Assembly: GCA_964446735.1 (NCBI GenBank)
Contig: CAYUQB010000001.1
Span: 263,826-327,825 of the forward strand
DNA: 64,000 bases
Direction: 5' to 3'
From: an uncultured Candidatus Saccharibacteria bacterium
GTDB taxonomy: Bacteria > Patescibacteriota > Minisyncoccia > Phycocordibacterales > Phycocordibacteraceae
Each line of letters begins with the position of its first letter. Positions within the stretch are counted from its first letter, which is position 1. Made by a program: the position numbers and the translations under genes. Shown one piece after another: positions 25,912 to 36,357 of the stretch. Below the pieces are notes generated by a model, which was not told the origin of the DNA, ran no database searches, and saw only the letters and a list, made by a program, of their open reading frames with translations.

Positions 25912-27459
25912 ATGAGACGAATCCCGCTCGAACCCCTGGTCCGGCGCCTTGCCCCTGTGCGCCGTTTTTTCGTTAAGATATGGAACGTGTACCGCGCACT
26001 TGCGCTCTGGCTCCAGACGATCATTGCGGTCGTTCTTATCATCCTCTTCTTCGCACTCATTTCGTTCCTTATCAGCCTCGGCGTATCGAAGGATTCGGGT
26101 GACTCTCTCTCGACCGTAACATTGGTGTCGGTAAGTGAACTTTCAGGCAACAGTTCATCGGTCGGAGGCATCGGCTCGGTGCGTTCAGTTACCGAAGCGG
26201 CCATCCTTGCTGAATCAAGCGGGACTGTGCGTCGAGTCCATACGCGCTTGGGTGGCACCGTACCGGCAGGATTTGTGATCGCAGAGCTTGAGAACGCGAG
26301 CCAACGCGCAGCCGTACTTCAGGCAGAAGGCGCCTACGATGCTGCAGTCGCAGCACGTGCCGGTGCGTCCCCGGTTGATATCTCCACCTCCGCACTTAAC
26401 ACCTACACGTCCGCATACCAGTCGCTCGACTCGATTCTCGAGACCTACATCGACACCTTCTATGGTGATCCAGGTGCGTTCGGACCTAAGTTCCTCGTTA
26501 GTCCCGGGACATTTGGATTTGAACACTTCTCAACGAAGCGGGCGCAGCTGAATCAGGCAATGATCGCATGGCGCTCGCGTCTTGATTCTGCATCATCCAA
26601 GGATTCAGCTGCACTCCTTGCCGAGGCGGAGGGCATCGTACGGCAGGCACATGCACTTGCGACCGATATCGCGACCGTCGCCACGAGGACAAATAGCGAC
26701 GCAACAAGCGCACAGCTCACTGCGCTTACGACTGCTCGCTCCAGTATCGCTTCACTTCAAGCAACTATCACGAGCGCAAAGCAGACCTACCAAAGCCAAG
26801 GGACCTCAGCAACCGCAGGTGCAGATGCGTCGGTCAAAAGTGCACTCGGCTCACTCCGTGCAGCGCAAGCGAATCTCGAGAAAACACTCGTCCGTGCACC
26901 CATCGGTGGTCAGGTCAATTATCTTCCCATTCGCGTTGGCGATTACGTGACTTCAATGAACCATGTCGCAACCGTGGCACAAAATGGCGCACTTGAAATT
27001 GTTGCCTTCGTGTCAGAAGAAACTCGTTCGCATCTTTCAGTGGGAATGAAAGTAACCCTAGAAGAGGACGTCACGGGTGTGATCACGTCCATCGCTCCTG
27101 CACTCGATCCGGTTACCAAGCAGGTGGAAGTACATGTTGCGGTCTCAGGTACGTCGAATCTCGTGAACGGTCAGTCCGTACGCATCGCCTTCCCGAGCGC
27201 ACCTGCTCCATCGACAGCGACCTCTACTGGTCCAGTACTGCTTCCGCTTGCGACACTGAAGCTCACTCCTTCCGCACGCGTGCTGTTCACGCTTGGCGAG
27301 GATGGACGACTTAAAGCGTTCCCCGTTGAAATCGGCGAGGTACGAGGAGATCGTATTGAGATTCTTACCTCCCTTCCTGCCGAGATGCGTATCGTATCTG
27401 ATGCCCGCGGGCTCTCTGATGGTCAGAAAGTGAATCTCGCTGAAGGTACGTCTCTTTAA
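25912..27459 (+). CDS. RND efflux membrane fusion protein (HlyD/AcrA family periplasmic adaptor)
   Basis: N-terminal TM anchor, coiled-coil region and a beta-barrel C-terminus. ATG at 25912 a few nt after a TATACT -10-like element. The track ORF extends to 25774. Confidence 0.75.
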   Translation: MRRIPLEPLVRRLAPVRRFFVKIWNVYRALALWLQTIIAVVLIILFFALISFLISLGVSKDSGDSLSTVTLVSVSELSGNSSSVGGIGSVRSVTEAAILAESSGTVRRVHTRLGGTVPAGFVIAELENASQRAAVLQAEGAYDAAVAARAGASPVDISTSALNTYTSAYQSLDSILETYIDTFYGDPGAFGPKFLVSPGTFGFEHFSTKRAQLNQAMIAWRSRLDSASSKDSAALLAEAEGIVRQAHALATDIATVATRTNSDATSAQLTALTTARSSIASLQATITSAKQTYQSQGTSATAGADASVKSALGSLRAAQANLEKTLVRAPIGGQVNYLPIRVGDYVTSMNHVATVAQNGALEIVAFVSEETRSHLSVGMKVTLEEDVTGVITSIAPALDPVTKQVEVHVAVSGTSNLVNGQSVRIAFPSAPAPSTATSTGPVLLPLATLKLTPSARVLFTLGEDGRLKAFPVEIGEVRGDRIEILTSLPAEMRIVSDARGLSDGQKVNLAEGTSL

Positions 27460-27464
27460 GGCGC

Positions 27465-30400
27465 ATGACTTCCTTCTGGAATTTCTTCATTCGGAAACAC
27501 CACTTCACGGTGTTTCTTATGATCGTGCTTGTTGCGGGAGGGCTCTATGCCGTGACGACGATTCCGAAGGAGGCGACCCCTGATATTTCCATTCCGCTTG
27601 GCGTTGTGACCACGGTGCTTCCGGGCGCGTCCTCGGCGGATGTTGAACGCTTGATTACGGACAAGATTGAGAGCGGCGTGCTTGGTGTCGAACGGGTTTC
27701 GAAAGTCACCTCCATTTCAACAGAAGGGGTGTCGACCGTCTCGGTTGAGTTTGATGCTTCGGCCGATATTGATTCATCCATACAGTCGCTTAAGGATGCG
27801 GTAGACAAAGTGCGGTCTGAGCTTCCTGACGAGGCGAACGATCCCATCGTCTCTGACGTGAACTTTGCGGATCAACCCGTCCTTATCCTCGCCGTCTCAG
27901 GGAGTCTTGCTCCCGCAGAACTCACCAAGCTCGGTGAAGATTTGGCCGACGAGCTGAAGCGGGTTTCGGGTGTATCCAAGGTGACGGTTTCCGGAACCCG
28001 AGAGCGCCAGGTGCAGGTCATTGTGAAGGAAGAACGCCTCAGACAGTTTGATCTCTCCTTGTCAGACGTCACGAGCGCACTTCGAGCCGCTGGGGTAGCG
28101 AGTCCCGCCGGTGCCCTTACGGTCGACGGCATTCGCTATGCGGTGCGCTTTGAGTCTGCAGTCGCTACCACTGATCAAGTAGCGCGCGTCGCCGTTGCCA
28201 ACCGAGGTGGTGCGCCAGTCTACGTACGCGATATTGCAGATGTCGTCGATGGCCTTGAGGACGCGAGCACCTACTCACGCGTGTCGGTAGATGGGGCTCC
28301 TGCCGAACCATCACTCACGCTTACCATTTTCAAAACACGCGGCGGAAACATCGCCGCAACCGGAAAGGCAGTAGAGCACAAACTTAAGGAGTTAGAGGAC
28401 GGCGGGATGCTGGAAGGAACCGAAACGGTCATTTCCTTCAATGGTGCAGAGGAGGTCGACAAGAGCCTCGTTGAGCTTACGCGCGCGGGCATCGAGACGG
28501 TGTTGCTCGTGCTCATCATTCTCCTCTTTACGCTTGGATGGCGCGAGGCACTCGTTGCCGCAGCTTCGATTCCACTCTCGTTCCTCATTGCCTTCATCCT
28601 TATGCTCGCGACGGGCAATACGCTTAATAACGTATCGCTATTCGCACTCATTCTTGCCATCGGTATTCTCGTTGACTCGGGCATCGTGGTGGTAGAAGCA
28701 TTCCATACCCGACTTCTTAAGTTTGGAGATAAGTATGAAGCTGCTCGCGCAGCTATTCGTGAGTATGCGTGGCCGCTCATCGCCGGTACGTTCACCACGA
28801 TTGTCGTGTTTGTACCGCTGTTCTTCCTCTCGGGTATTGTCGGCAAGTTCCTTGCCTCTATTCCCTATACGCTCATCTTCGTTCTTATCGCGAGCATTTT
28901 CGTGGCGCTTGGATTCGTGCCGCTCCTTGCCATTTACTTCGTGAAAGCATCGCATGGCACGATGGAGAGCCGACAGGAGCGATACAACGAACGAGCCAAG
29001 CTTTGGTACAAGAACTATTTGCATCGTTTGCTTGCCGATCGCAAGCAACAGACCCGGTTTATCGTCGCCATGATCGCCGGCTTTGTGATCGCACTTGCAC
29101 TCCCCGCGACGGGACTACTCAAGTCGATCTTCTTCCCCGCTGCTGATATTGACTATGTATATGTTGAGATCGAGAAGGCACAGGGAACCGAACTACGCGA
29201 GACCGACCTCACGGTACGGCAGGTTGAGGAGGTACTCTATGCCAATAAGGAAATCGAATCCTTCGTGACTGAAGTGGGTGCAGGCAGTTCGTTCTCCGGA
29301 GACATGAGTGGTGGACATGCGGGCGGAAGCCAGATCGCCAACATCACTGTGAACCTTCATAAGGGGGACCACATGCCATCTGCCAAGTTTGTTGGGGTAC
29401 TACGCAAAGAGCTTGCCCATATCACGTCGGCCAAAATCACGGTCGCCGAGCCAGCGGGTGGACCCCCCACTGCAGCTCCGATCACCCTTATCTTCTCGGG
29501 AGACGATCTTGGCGAACTTTCAGTAACGGCAGAACGAGCTGCGCAAGTGCTCGCAGACATTCCTGGCGTCGTCAATATCAATGCAAGTACCAAGAATGCG
29601 AGTGCGGAATTCGTGGTAGCACTTGATAGCGCAAAGGCGTCTGAGCTTGGGGTATCGCCGCTTGCTGTTGCAGACACCCTCCGTACTGCCCTGTTTAGTG
29701 CCGAGGCCACTTCCATTCGTGAAGGAAAGAATGATATTGAAGTGCGCACCAAGCTTGACCTCAATCCTAACTATCGCGATCCATCAGAAACCACGCACGC
29801 AACCATTGATGCGGTACGTGAACTCACAGTCCCTGGCTCAAACGGTCCAGTGCCACTTGCAACCATCGCAACGATTACCTATGAACCCTCGCAGACCGCT
29901 ATCACGCACGAAGCGGGACGTCGAACGACAACGGTGACTGCAGAAATGGCACCCGGAGGAAACGCAATCGAAGCGACCAACGCCTTCACGAAGCAGTTCG
30001 GTGACGACAAGCTCGGAGAGGGCGTCACGATGAAAGTGGGCGGCGAAAGTGAGGACGTCGGCAAGTCATTTATTGAGCTCTTCGTTGCCCTTATTGCGGG
30101 CGCTGCGCTCATGCTTTCTATCCTTATCCTTGAGTTCAACTCCTTCCGCCATTCGCTCTACTTGCTCTCTATCATCCCGCTCTCTCTCGTGGGTGTATTC
30201 GCTGGTCTTACCCTGGTCGGCCAGCCGCTATCGCTCACCTCTATGCTTGGCGTCATTGCACTTGCCGGTGTCATCATCAACCACGCCATCATTCTCATGG
30301 ACTCGATTGCGCGCATTCATAGGGAGCACCCTGAGTGGGCACTGGAGACAGTAGTGGTCGAGTCTGCATCGACTCGTCTGCGCCCGATTCTTCTTACGAC

Positions 30401-30587
30401 TATCGTGACGGTGATCGGTATGGTGCCACTCATCTTCGTAAATGCGTTCTGGGCACCGCTTGCGTTTGCGGTGATGGCAGGGCTTGCCTTCTCGCTCCTC
30501 CTTACGCTCGTGCTTATTCCGATCCTCTACTACCGTTGGCCTGGAAAAGCAGTCCGCGAACACTACGAGAAAATGACCGAAGCGTAG
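27465..30587 (+). CDS. RND efflux transporter permease (AcrB/AcrD/AcrF family)
   Basis: 1040 aa with 12 TM helices, two large periplasmic loops and conserved RND motifs. Starts 6 nt after the MFP gene. Confidence 0.9.
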   Translation: MTSFWNFFIRKHHFTVFLMIVLVAGGLYAVTTIPKEATPDISIPLGVVTTVLPGASSADVERLITDKIESGVLGVERVSKVTSISTEGVSTVSVEFDASADIDSSIQSLKDAVDKVRSELPDEANDPIVSDVNFADQPVLILAVSGSLAPAELTKLGEDLADELKRVSGVSKVTVSGTRERQVQVIVKEERLRQFDLSLSDVTSALRAAGVASPAGALTVDGIRYAVRFESAVATTDQVARVAVANRGGAPVYVRDIADVVDGLEDASTYSRVSVDGAPAEPSLTLTIFKTRGGNIAATGKAVEHKLKELEDGGMLEGTETVISFNGAEEVDKSLVELTRAGIETVLLVLIILLFTLGWREALVAAASIPLSFLIAFILMLATGNTLNNVSLFALILAIGILVDSGIVVVEAFHTRLLKFGDKYEAARAAIREYAWPLIAGTFTTIVVFVPLFFLSGIVGKFLASIPYTLIFVLIASIFVALGFVPLLAIYFVKASHGTMESRQERYNERAKLWYKNYLHRLLADRKQQTRFIVAMIAGFVIALALPATGLLKSIFFPAADIDYVYVEIEKAQGTELRETDLTVRQVEEVLYANKEIESFVTEVGAGSSFSGDMSGGHAGGSQIANITVNLHKGDHMPSAKFVGVLRKELAHITSAKITVAEPAGGPPTAAPITLIFSGDDLGELSVTAERAAQVLADIPGVVNINASTKNASAEFVVALDSAKASELGVSPLAVADTLRTALFSAEATSIREGKNDIEVRTKLDLNPNYRDPSETTHATIDAVRELTVPGSNGPVPLATIATITYEPSQTAITHEAGRRTTTVTAEMAPGGNAIEATNAFTKQFGDDKLGEGVTMKVGGESEDVGKSFIELFVALIAGAALMLSILILEFNSFRHSLYLLSIIPLSLVGVFAGLTLVGQPLSLTSMLGVIALAGVIINHAIILMDSIARIHREHPEWALETVVVESASTRLRPILLTTIVTVIGMVPLIFVNAFWAPLAFAVMAGLAFSLLLTLVLIPILYYRWPGKAVREHYEKMTEA

Positions 30588-30601
30588 TCCACGGCATATG
30601 C

Positions 30602-30631
30602 TTGACTGGTGAACCTTAGTTCACCTACACT
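30602..30631 (+). promoter_or_regulatory. lexA promoter with a Cheo-type LexA (SOS) box in the spacer
   Basis: TTGACT (-35), 18-nt spacer, TACACT (-10). The spacer is the perfect inverted repeat GGTGAACcttaGTTCACC (GAAC-N4-GTTC). Confidence 0.65.
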
Positions 30632-30638
30632 GGAGCAT

Positions 30639-31205
30639 ATGCACGACACTTACAAACGCGCCGTTATCGGGTTCTGGCAACGCAAGAAGCGTATGCCCGG
30701 GTACAAAGAGATCATGCAGGCGACCGGACTCGCCTCGAAGAACTCGGTATACAAACTGATCAACCGACTGGTTGAGGAAGGGGTGCTGAAGAAGGATAAG
30801 GAAGGACGACTCTCTCCTGGTCGTGCGCTGGTAGGTGTGCCTCTCCTAGGACTCGTAGAGGCGGGATTCCCTTCTCCTGCTGAGGAGGAGTTGCTTGATG
30901 TGATGGACTTCGATGAGTACCTCACGCCCAATAAAGAGAGTAGCTACATTCTCAAAGTGAAGGGTGAAAGTATGATCGATGCAGGGATCTATCCTGGTGA
31001 TCTTGTTATTGTTGAGCGAAGAACCGCATACAAGCCAGGACAGATCGTAATTGCCTCGGTCGATGGTGAGTACACGATGAAGTATCTCCGAAAGAATGGT
31101 GATCAGTACTATCTTGATCCAGCGAACGCTGCCTATAAACCTATCTACCCCAAGGGGGCATTGAATATAGAAGCGGTGGTGACCGGCGTCGTGCGTAAGT
31201 ACTAA
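30639..31205 (+). CDS. lexA: LexA-family transcriptional repressor (wHTH plus S24 peptidase)
   Basis: N-terminal wHTH (KEIMQATGLASKNSVYKLINRL). C-terminal S24 domain with GESM and Lys dyad. GGAG 6 nt before the ATG at 30639. Confidence 0.85.
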   Translation: MHDTYKRAVIGFWQRKKRMPGYKEIMQATGLASKNSVYKLINRLVEEGVLKKDKEGRLSPGRALVGVPLLGLVEAGFPSPAEEELLDVMDFDEYLTPNKESSYILKVKGESMIDAGIYPGDLVIVERRTAYKPGQIVIASVDGEYTMKYLRKNGDQYYLDPANAAYKPIYPKGALNIEAVVTGVVRKY

Positions 31206-31208
31206 CGT

Positions 31209-32546
31209 ATGCCGACAGAAGTGGGATGGGGTCGTCATTATCACTACCCCCGAGCCATCATCCATGTCGATGGTGATTCATTCTTCGCTGCCTGCGAAGT
31301 CGCTAAAAATCCGTGGCTCAAGGGTAAACCGGTGGTGACCGGCAAGGAGCGTGGGATCGTGTCTGCGGCGACCTATGAAGCAAAAGCTCGGGGAGTGGTG
31401 CGTGGTGTCTCGCTCGCTGAGGCACGCCGTGCCTGTCCGGAGCTGATTGTTATCGATTCTGATTACGAGACGTACGGACTCTACTCGCGTCGCATGTACG
31501 CAATTATGCGTCGGTTTACCCCTCTGGTGGAGGAATATGGCATCGATGAGTGTTTCGGTGAGCTTACGGGCCTACGCCGTACGTTCCGTATGAGCTACGA
31601 GGAGCTCGCGCAGGCCATTCAGAAAGATCTCACGCATGAGCTCAATATTACGTTTGGAGTAGGACTCGCACCCAATAAAGTGCTCGCAAAAGTGGGGTCA
31701 AAGTACCGTAAGCCTAATGGCTTCACGGCTATTCCCCTTTCCGATAGAGAGCGGTATCTGGCAGACACTCGCATCGACAAGATCTGGGGTATCGGACCTA
31801 ATACCGCACGGTATCTAAACGGCTATGGAATTCGCACCGCACTCGATTTTGCGAGACGCCGTGAGAGTTGGGTGCGAGAACAGGTCACCGCACCCATTCG
31901 GGATCTGTGGCGAGAACTGAATGGTGAATTTGTACACGAGCTGGTTCTCGAACCGAAAGAAACATATCAATCGATTCAAAAGACTCGTACCTTCCGTCCC
32001 TCTTCAAACGAGACACAGTTTCTTTTGGCACAGCTATCAAAAAACCTCGAGGGAGCGTGCGCTAAGGCACGAACGTTTAGTCTTTCTGCGCGTCGTATTT
32101 CATTCTTTCTTAAATCAGAATCCTTCCGCTATCGAATGTGCGAGGCAACGCTACTGCGTCCCACCAATATCCCTTCCGACATCATGCCGGTTATCGAGCG
32201 GCATATAGCGGGTCTCATGCGGCCAGGTGAGTTGTATCGCACCACCGGTATCACTCTTTCTGACCTCACCGAACATGCAGACCGACAGCCAGATCTGTTC
32301 TCTGACACGGGAGCGCTCGAAGCAAAAGCACGCATATTTGAGAAGGTGGACGAGCTTCGTGAACGCTACGGAAAGCACGCAGTATATCTCGCCTCTTCAA
32401 TGCAAGCGATTGAGCAGCGAACTGATCCTAACGAACACTTTGAATACGGTACGTCTGCATCCGCAGATGCTCATGCACCCCAACGGTTTAGCGGTCGCAC
32501 CATGAAGAAATTGTTTTCCCTGCCGTATTTAGGCGAGGTTGCGTAA
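31209..32546 (+). CDS. Y-family DNA polymerase (UmuC/DinB-like translesion polymerase)
   Basis: IIHVDGDSFFAACE catalytic N-terminus, little-finger region and 445 aa (UmuC-like length). Starts 3 nt after lexA. Confidence 0.85.
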   Translation: MPTEVGWGRHYHYPRAIIHVDGDSFFAACEVAKNPWLKGKPVVTGKERGIVSAATYEAKARGVVRGVSLAEARRACPELIVIDSDYETYGLYSRRMYAIMRRFTPLVEEYGIDECFGELTGLRRTFRMSYEELAQAIQKDLTHELNITFGVGLAPNKVLAKVGSKYRKPNGFTAIPLSDRERYLADTRIDKIWGIGPNTARYLNGYGIRTALDFARRRESWVREQVTAPIRDLWRELNGEFVHELVLEPKETYQSIQKTRTFRPSSNETQFLLAQLSKNLEGACAKARTFSLSARRISFFLKSESFRYRMCEATLLRPTNIPSDIMPVIERHIAGLMRPGELYRTTGITLSDLTEHADRQPDLFSDTGALEAKARIFEKVDELRERYGKHAVYLASSMQAIEQRTDPNEHFEYGTSASADAHAPQRFSGRTMKKLFSLPYLGEVA

Positions 32547-32627
32547 GACCTCTTCGTATAGATCGTCTACCTAGATACGTTCGCACGCAGGGTATACCTG
32601 CATTCGATTGATATTTAACGACTACGT

Positions 32628-33506
32628 ATGAAGACACAGATTCTTACCAAAGTAGCAAGCTACACGCTCGCCGGCGTCCTGATGGTAACGCCTCTGGTGG
32701 GGTTTGCGAAAAGTGACGCTTCAGTGCGTGCACATGCACAAGCAACGGTACAGACATCAAGCACAACCGATCCGGGCCAGAACGGGTGTCGCGCATTTGG
32801 CCACTTCATCGCGCCGGGATGGTTGAAGCACCATGTTGCACCCTTGATTCCTGAAGGCTGTGTACTCCCCTTTGGGATCGGCAAGATACTACGAGGTGAT
32901 CGGGGACACAGTACGAGCACGCCGACCGATACTACCGCCCCAACCATCCGCTTTGTTCGCACCAAAGTCACTGACTCAACCGCAACTATCAGCTGGTTCA
33001 CTAACGAACGATCAACCTCGCAGGTAGTGTACGGAACGTCAACGAGCTATGGTGCGCAGTCGGCACCTGAAAGTGCTCGGGTCTTCTTCCATTCTGTGAC
33101 ACTCACGGGCCTTACGGCGTCAACGACCTATCACTTCGCAGTGAAGTCAACGGACGCAGCGGGTAATACCGCAACATCCGCCGATGCGACGTTCACGACC
33201 ACGAACGTAGCTGACACGAGTTCACCGACTATCTCGGCGTTCCTTCTCTCGGCTATCGGTTCTACAACGGCAACCGTGTCGTGGCATACGGACGAGCCCG
33301 CCACGAGTAAGGTGTACTACAGCACCAGCTCTCCGGTTGACCTTCTGTCCGCCTCGTTCGTCTCAAGTGGCGCACTGGTGGCAAATCACAGCGTGAACCT
33401 TACCGGACTTTCGGCAAGCACCACGTATCACGTGGTAGTGCAGTCGAGTGACTCTTCCGGCAACACTGCTACCACATCGGGTACTTCCTTCATCACGCTT
33501 CCGTAA
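32628..33506 (+). CDS. Secreted protein with two fibronectin type III-like domains
   Basis: Signal peptide. Two repeats of ...TATISW.T.E..TS.VYY.T...Y........H.V.LTGL.ASTTYH..V.S.D..GN. Confidence 0.6.
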   Translation: MKTQILTKVASYTLAGVLMVTPLVGFAKSDASVRAHAQATVQTSSTTDPGQNGCRAFGHFIAPGWLKHHVAPLIPEGCVLPFGIGKILRGDRGHSTSTPTDTTAPTIRFVRTKVTDSTATISWFTNERSTSQVVYGTSTSYGAQSAPESARVFFHSVTLTGLTASTTYHFAVKSTDAAGNTATSADATFTTTNVADTSSPTISAFLLSAIGSTTATVSWHTDEPATSKVYYSTSSPVDLLSASFVSSGALVANHSVNLTGLSASTTYHVVVQSSDSSGNTATTSGTSFITLP

Positions 33507-33532
33507 CCAATACGGAACGGTGCGAAAACAAG

Positions 33533-33557
33533 CAGCCGCCCCAACGTGGGGCGGCTG
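33533..33557. terminator. Bidirectional terminator hairpin between convergent genes
   Basis: CAGCCGCCCC-aacgt-GGGGCGGCTG, a 10-bp GC-rich stem. Confidence 0.5.
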
Positions 33558-33576
33558 TCGCATAGAAACGCAGGAA

Positions 33577-34977
33577 CTAGGAGCGCACAGCAAGAACCGG
33601 CGCGAGCCCCACATAGGTTTCCGGCGTGAGGGCCAGCATGCGCTGCTTCACCTCCGCAGGTACGAGATCGTCCGGGAGAAGCTGCACGAAGGTGTGCATG
33701 TCGTGGAGCGTGAGATCATCGCGGCCACGCGTGAACCTTTTGAGCGCTCCGTACGGATCGGGGTAGCCGATGTGCCGCAAGAGGGTCTGGTACGCCTCGG
33801 CTAGGATTTCGGGATGGGCGCGGAGCGCTTCCCGGATCTTAGGCTCGTTTGGGACGATCTTGTCGAGACCACGCTTGATGGCTTTGTAAGCGATCAGCGA
33901 ATGACCGAACGCGACGCCGAAGTTGCGTTCCACCGTCGAGTCGGAGAGATCCCGTTGGAGGCGCGACACCGGGAGTTTGCGAGAGAAGAACTCGAACAGG
34001 CAGTTGGCCAGGCCCAGGTTCCCTTCCGCATTCTCGAAGTCGATGGGATTGACCTTGTGCGGCATGATGCTCGAGCCTGCTTCGCCCTCCACAGCCTTCT
34101 GCCCGAGCCAGTGGTCGCTGATGTAGCGCCACAGGTCCTGACAGAGATCGAGAAGGATCGTGTTGGCGCGGATGTAGAGCTGGAAGAGCTCGGCATACGT
34201 GTCATGCGATTCGCTCTGGGTCGTGACCTCGTTGAGCTCGAAGTAGTTGCGCCGCTGGCCCGAATTGAGGTCCTTGACGAACGCGGCACTGAATTCGAGC
34301 CAATCGATGTGCGGCTCCGCGAAGTCGAGGGCGTTGTAGTTGCCCGAGGCGCTGTTGAGCTTCACGGTGATCTTGTACCTCGCAAGAGCGTTGATCACCT
34401 TGGAAAGACGGCGAGCGAAGACGGCGAACTCCTTCCCGAGGGTTGTAGGGGTCGCTTCCTGCCCATGCGTGCGTGCCAACATGGGCACGTTCGCATAGTT
34501 GGAAGCGAACCAGTCGAGAGTTGAACGAATATCCATGAGCTCCTTTCGGAGCACAGTGCTGCCCTTCACGAGCATCAGGGCGTAGGCGATGTTGTTGACG
34601 TCTTCCGACGTCGCGCCGAAGTGGATGCGCTCGACATAGTGACCGAGACCGCAGGCTACGAAGCGGTCGCGAAGATAGAGCTCGCAGGCCTTCACATCGT
34701 GGTTGGTCTTCTTGTGTTCGCCGACTCCCACCGTCTCGATCAAGTGGACCTTGACGACGTCCTTCGACTCGATGTTGGCCATCGCGAGGATGATCGTGCG
34801 GGTGAGCTCCGGAAGCGGCCCGTCGAGCTTTTCGATGATGGCGACCGCGTAGCGCACCATCATGTACAGCCGGTGGCGGATCAGCGCATCTTCGCTGAAG
34901 CACGCAACGAGCGGCTTTACCTTCTGCGCGTACCGCCCGTCGATCGGGCTTACGGCAGTGAGTGCGTGAACGGTCAT
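33577..34977 (-). CDS. purB: Adenylosuccinate lyase PurB
   Basis: SPIDGRY N-terminal motif. GSSIMPHKVNPIDFENAEG fumarate-lyase signature. ATG at 34977. Local GC is roughly 62%. Confidence 0.85.
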   Translation of the reverse strand: MTVHALTAVSPIDGRYAQKVKPLVACFSEDALIRHRLYMMVRYAVAIIEKLDGPLPELTRTIILAMANIESKDVVKVHLIETVGVGEHKKTNHDVKACELYLRDRFVACGLGHYVERIHFGATSEDVNNIAYALMLVKGSTVLRKELMDIRSTLDWFASNYANVPMLARTHGQEATPTTLGKEFAVFARRLSKVINALARYKITVKLNSASGNYNALDFAEPHIDWLEFSAAFVKDLNSGQRRNYFELNEVTTQSESHDTYAELFQLYIRANTILLDLCQDLWRYISDHWLGQKAVEGEAGSSIMPHKVNPIDFENAEGNLGLANCLFEFFSRKLPVSRLQRDLSDSTVERNFGVAFGHSLIAYKAIKRGLDKIVPNEPKIREALRAHPEILAEAYQTLLRHIGYPDPYGALKRFTRGRDDLTLHDMHTFVQLLPDDLVPAEVKQRMLALTPETYVGLAPVLAVRS

Positions 34978-35057
34978 GATGGCAGGCTCCAATGTACAGT
35001 TGTTGTTGGACTGCCCGAACCCTATCAAATCCCCGATGCGGGGGCAATGACGAGAAA

Positions 35058-35819
35058 TTACGAAGGGACTGATTGCACGAGTGCACGTACTACCTCGTGG
35101 CACGGACCGTTTGAAGCAATGAAATAGGTTTCGGACATATTCCAGGGTTTTCCATCGTAGGTTGTGACAGTCCCTCCTGCCTCAAGCACAAGGAGCGCGC
35201 CTGCAGCATAGTCCCAGGGTTTAAGCCCAAGTGAGACGAATGCTTCGGTTCCTCCTCGAGATACAAAAGAGAGTTCGCACGCAGCACTCCCTAGTACACG
35301 AGCGGATTTTATGTGTTGATCAGTATTTGCGAAAAGCTTCCTGGTCCGGATGCGTTCATCTTTGCTCATGCCGAATGTGACCATACCATCGTCAGGCGTC
35401 TTATCTGACACGCACACCGGCTTCCCGTTATAGGTCGTTCCCTTTCCTTGCTCTGCCACTGAAAGGGACCGTGTGATGGGGTTGTACACTACGCCGATGA
35501 TAGGTACCTGGTTATGTACCAGCGCTATCGACACGGCAAAAATCGGAATGCCGTTAATGAAGTTCGAAGTTCCATCAAGCGGATCAATGATCCATTGATA
35601 CTCAGAATCTGGATTCGCACTTCCCCCCTCTTCCCCAAGAATGCCGTGCTCGGGGTGATTAGCACGAATGAGTGAAACCACCGCGGCTTCAGCTTCCTTA
35701 TCTGCCTTGGTGACAAAACTAGCGTCATCCTTTACCTCTCGTTCGTAATCGGTAGTTTCAAAATAACGCGAGAGGATTGCACCTGCGGCTTGGGCTGCGT
35801 CGAGAGCGGTAGAAAGCAT
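35058..35819 (-). CDS. Inositol monophosphatase family protein (SuhB-like)
   Basis: IDPLDGTSNF and WDYAAG motifs. Confidence 0.8.
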   Translation of the reverse strand: MLSTALDAAQAAGAILSRYFETTDYEREVKDDASFVTKADKEAEAAVVSLIRANHPEHGILGEEGGSANPDSEYQWIIDPLDGTSNFINGIPIFAVSIALVHNQVPIIGVVYNPITRSLSVAEQGKGTTYNGKPVCVSDKTPDDGMVTFGMSKDERIRTRKLFANTDQHIKSARVLGSAACELSFVSRGGTEAFVSLGLKPWDYAAGALLVLEAGGTVTTYDGKPWNMSETYFIASNGPCHEVVRALVQSVPS

Positions 35820-35821
35820 GT

Positions 35822-36187
35822 CTAAGAGTAGTGTTGGAGCACTTCCATGAGTTTGGTAATCATCTCATTGGAATCTCTGTACTCGAACCGTTCGTTAACT
35901 GCATTGTCGATTGAAAACGATACGGATGCTGACGCCTCATGCATGGCAATGACCGGAACACCCACGGCATGTGCCCATCCAATTTCAATTCCTACCCCAA
36001 GAGATGGGTGCGAGACCTCCGCGACAAGCACATCGGCGGATGCGACCATCTCTCGCGTAATTTCCTCTATCGGCCCCTCCTGAGGCAAAAGTATTTCGTG
36101 CTCGCCACTAAGGGTTGAGGTACGCAATGGTGCATACAATTTCGCTTTAAAGTCAAAGCTACTTGCGTGTGCCACATATATCTTCAT
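35822..36187 (-). CDS. Nucleoside 2-deoxyribosyltransferase-like protein
   Basis: MKIYVAHASS...ADVLVAEVSHPSLGVGIEIGWAHAVGVPVIAM, the NDT-family Rossmann pattern. ATG at 36187. Confidence 0.5.
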   Translation of the reverse strand: MKIYVAHASSFDFKAKLYAPLRTSTLSGEHEILLPQEGPIEEITREMVASADVLVAEVSHPSLGVGIEIGWAHAVGVPVIAMHEASASVSFSIDNAVNERFEYRDSNEMITKLMEVLQHYS

Positions 36188-36357
36188 ATGGGCAGTATAT
36201 GCCGACCCATAAGGGGTGCAACTAGAGATTAATGGGTCATAAGAAGACTCCGCGAAGCTGAGGTTCGTCCATATCGACGGGAGGGCCACATTCGCAATAA
36301 GCGTCTCTCATTAGACTCGGCCGTAGGGATGAGGGTAACTACAAGGTAAGTGATTAA

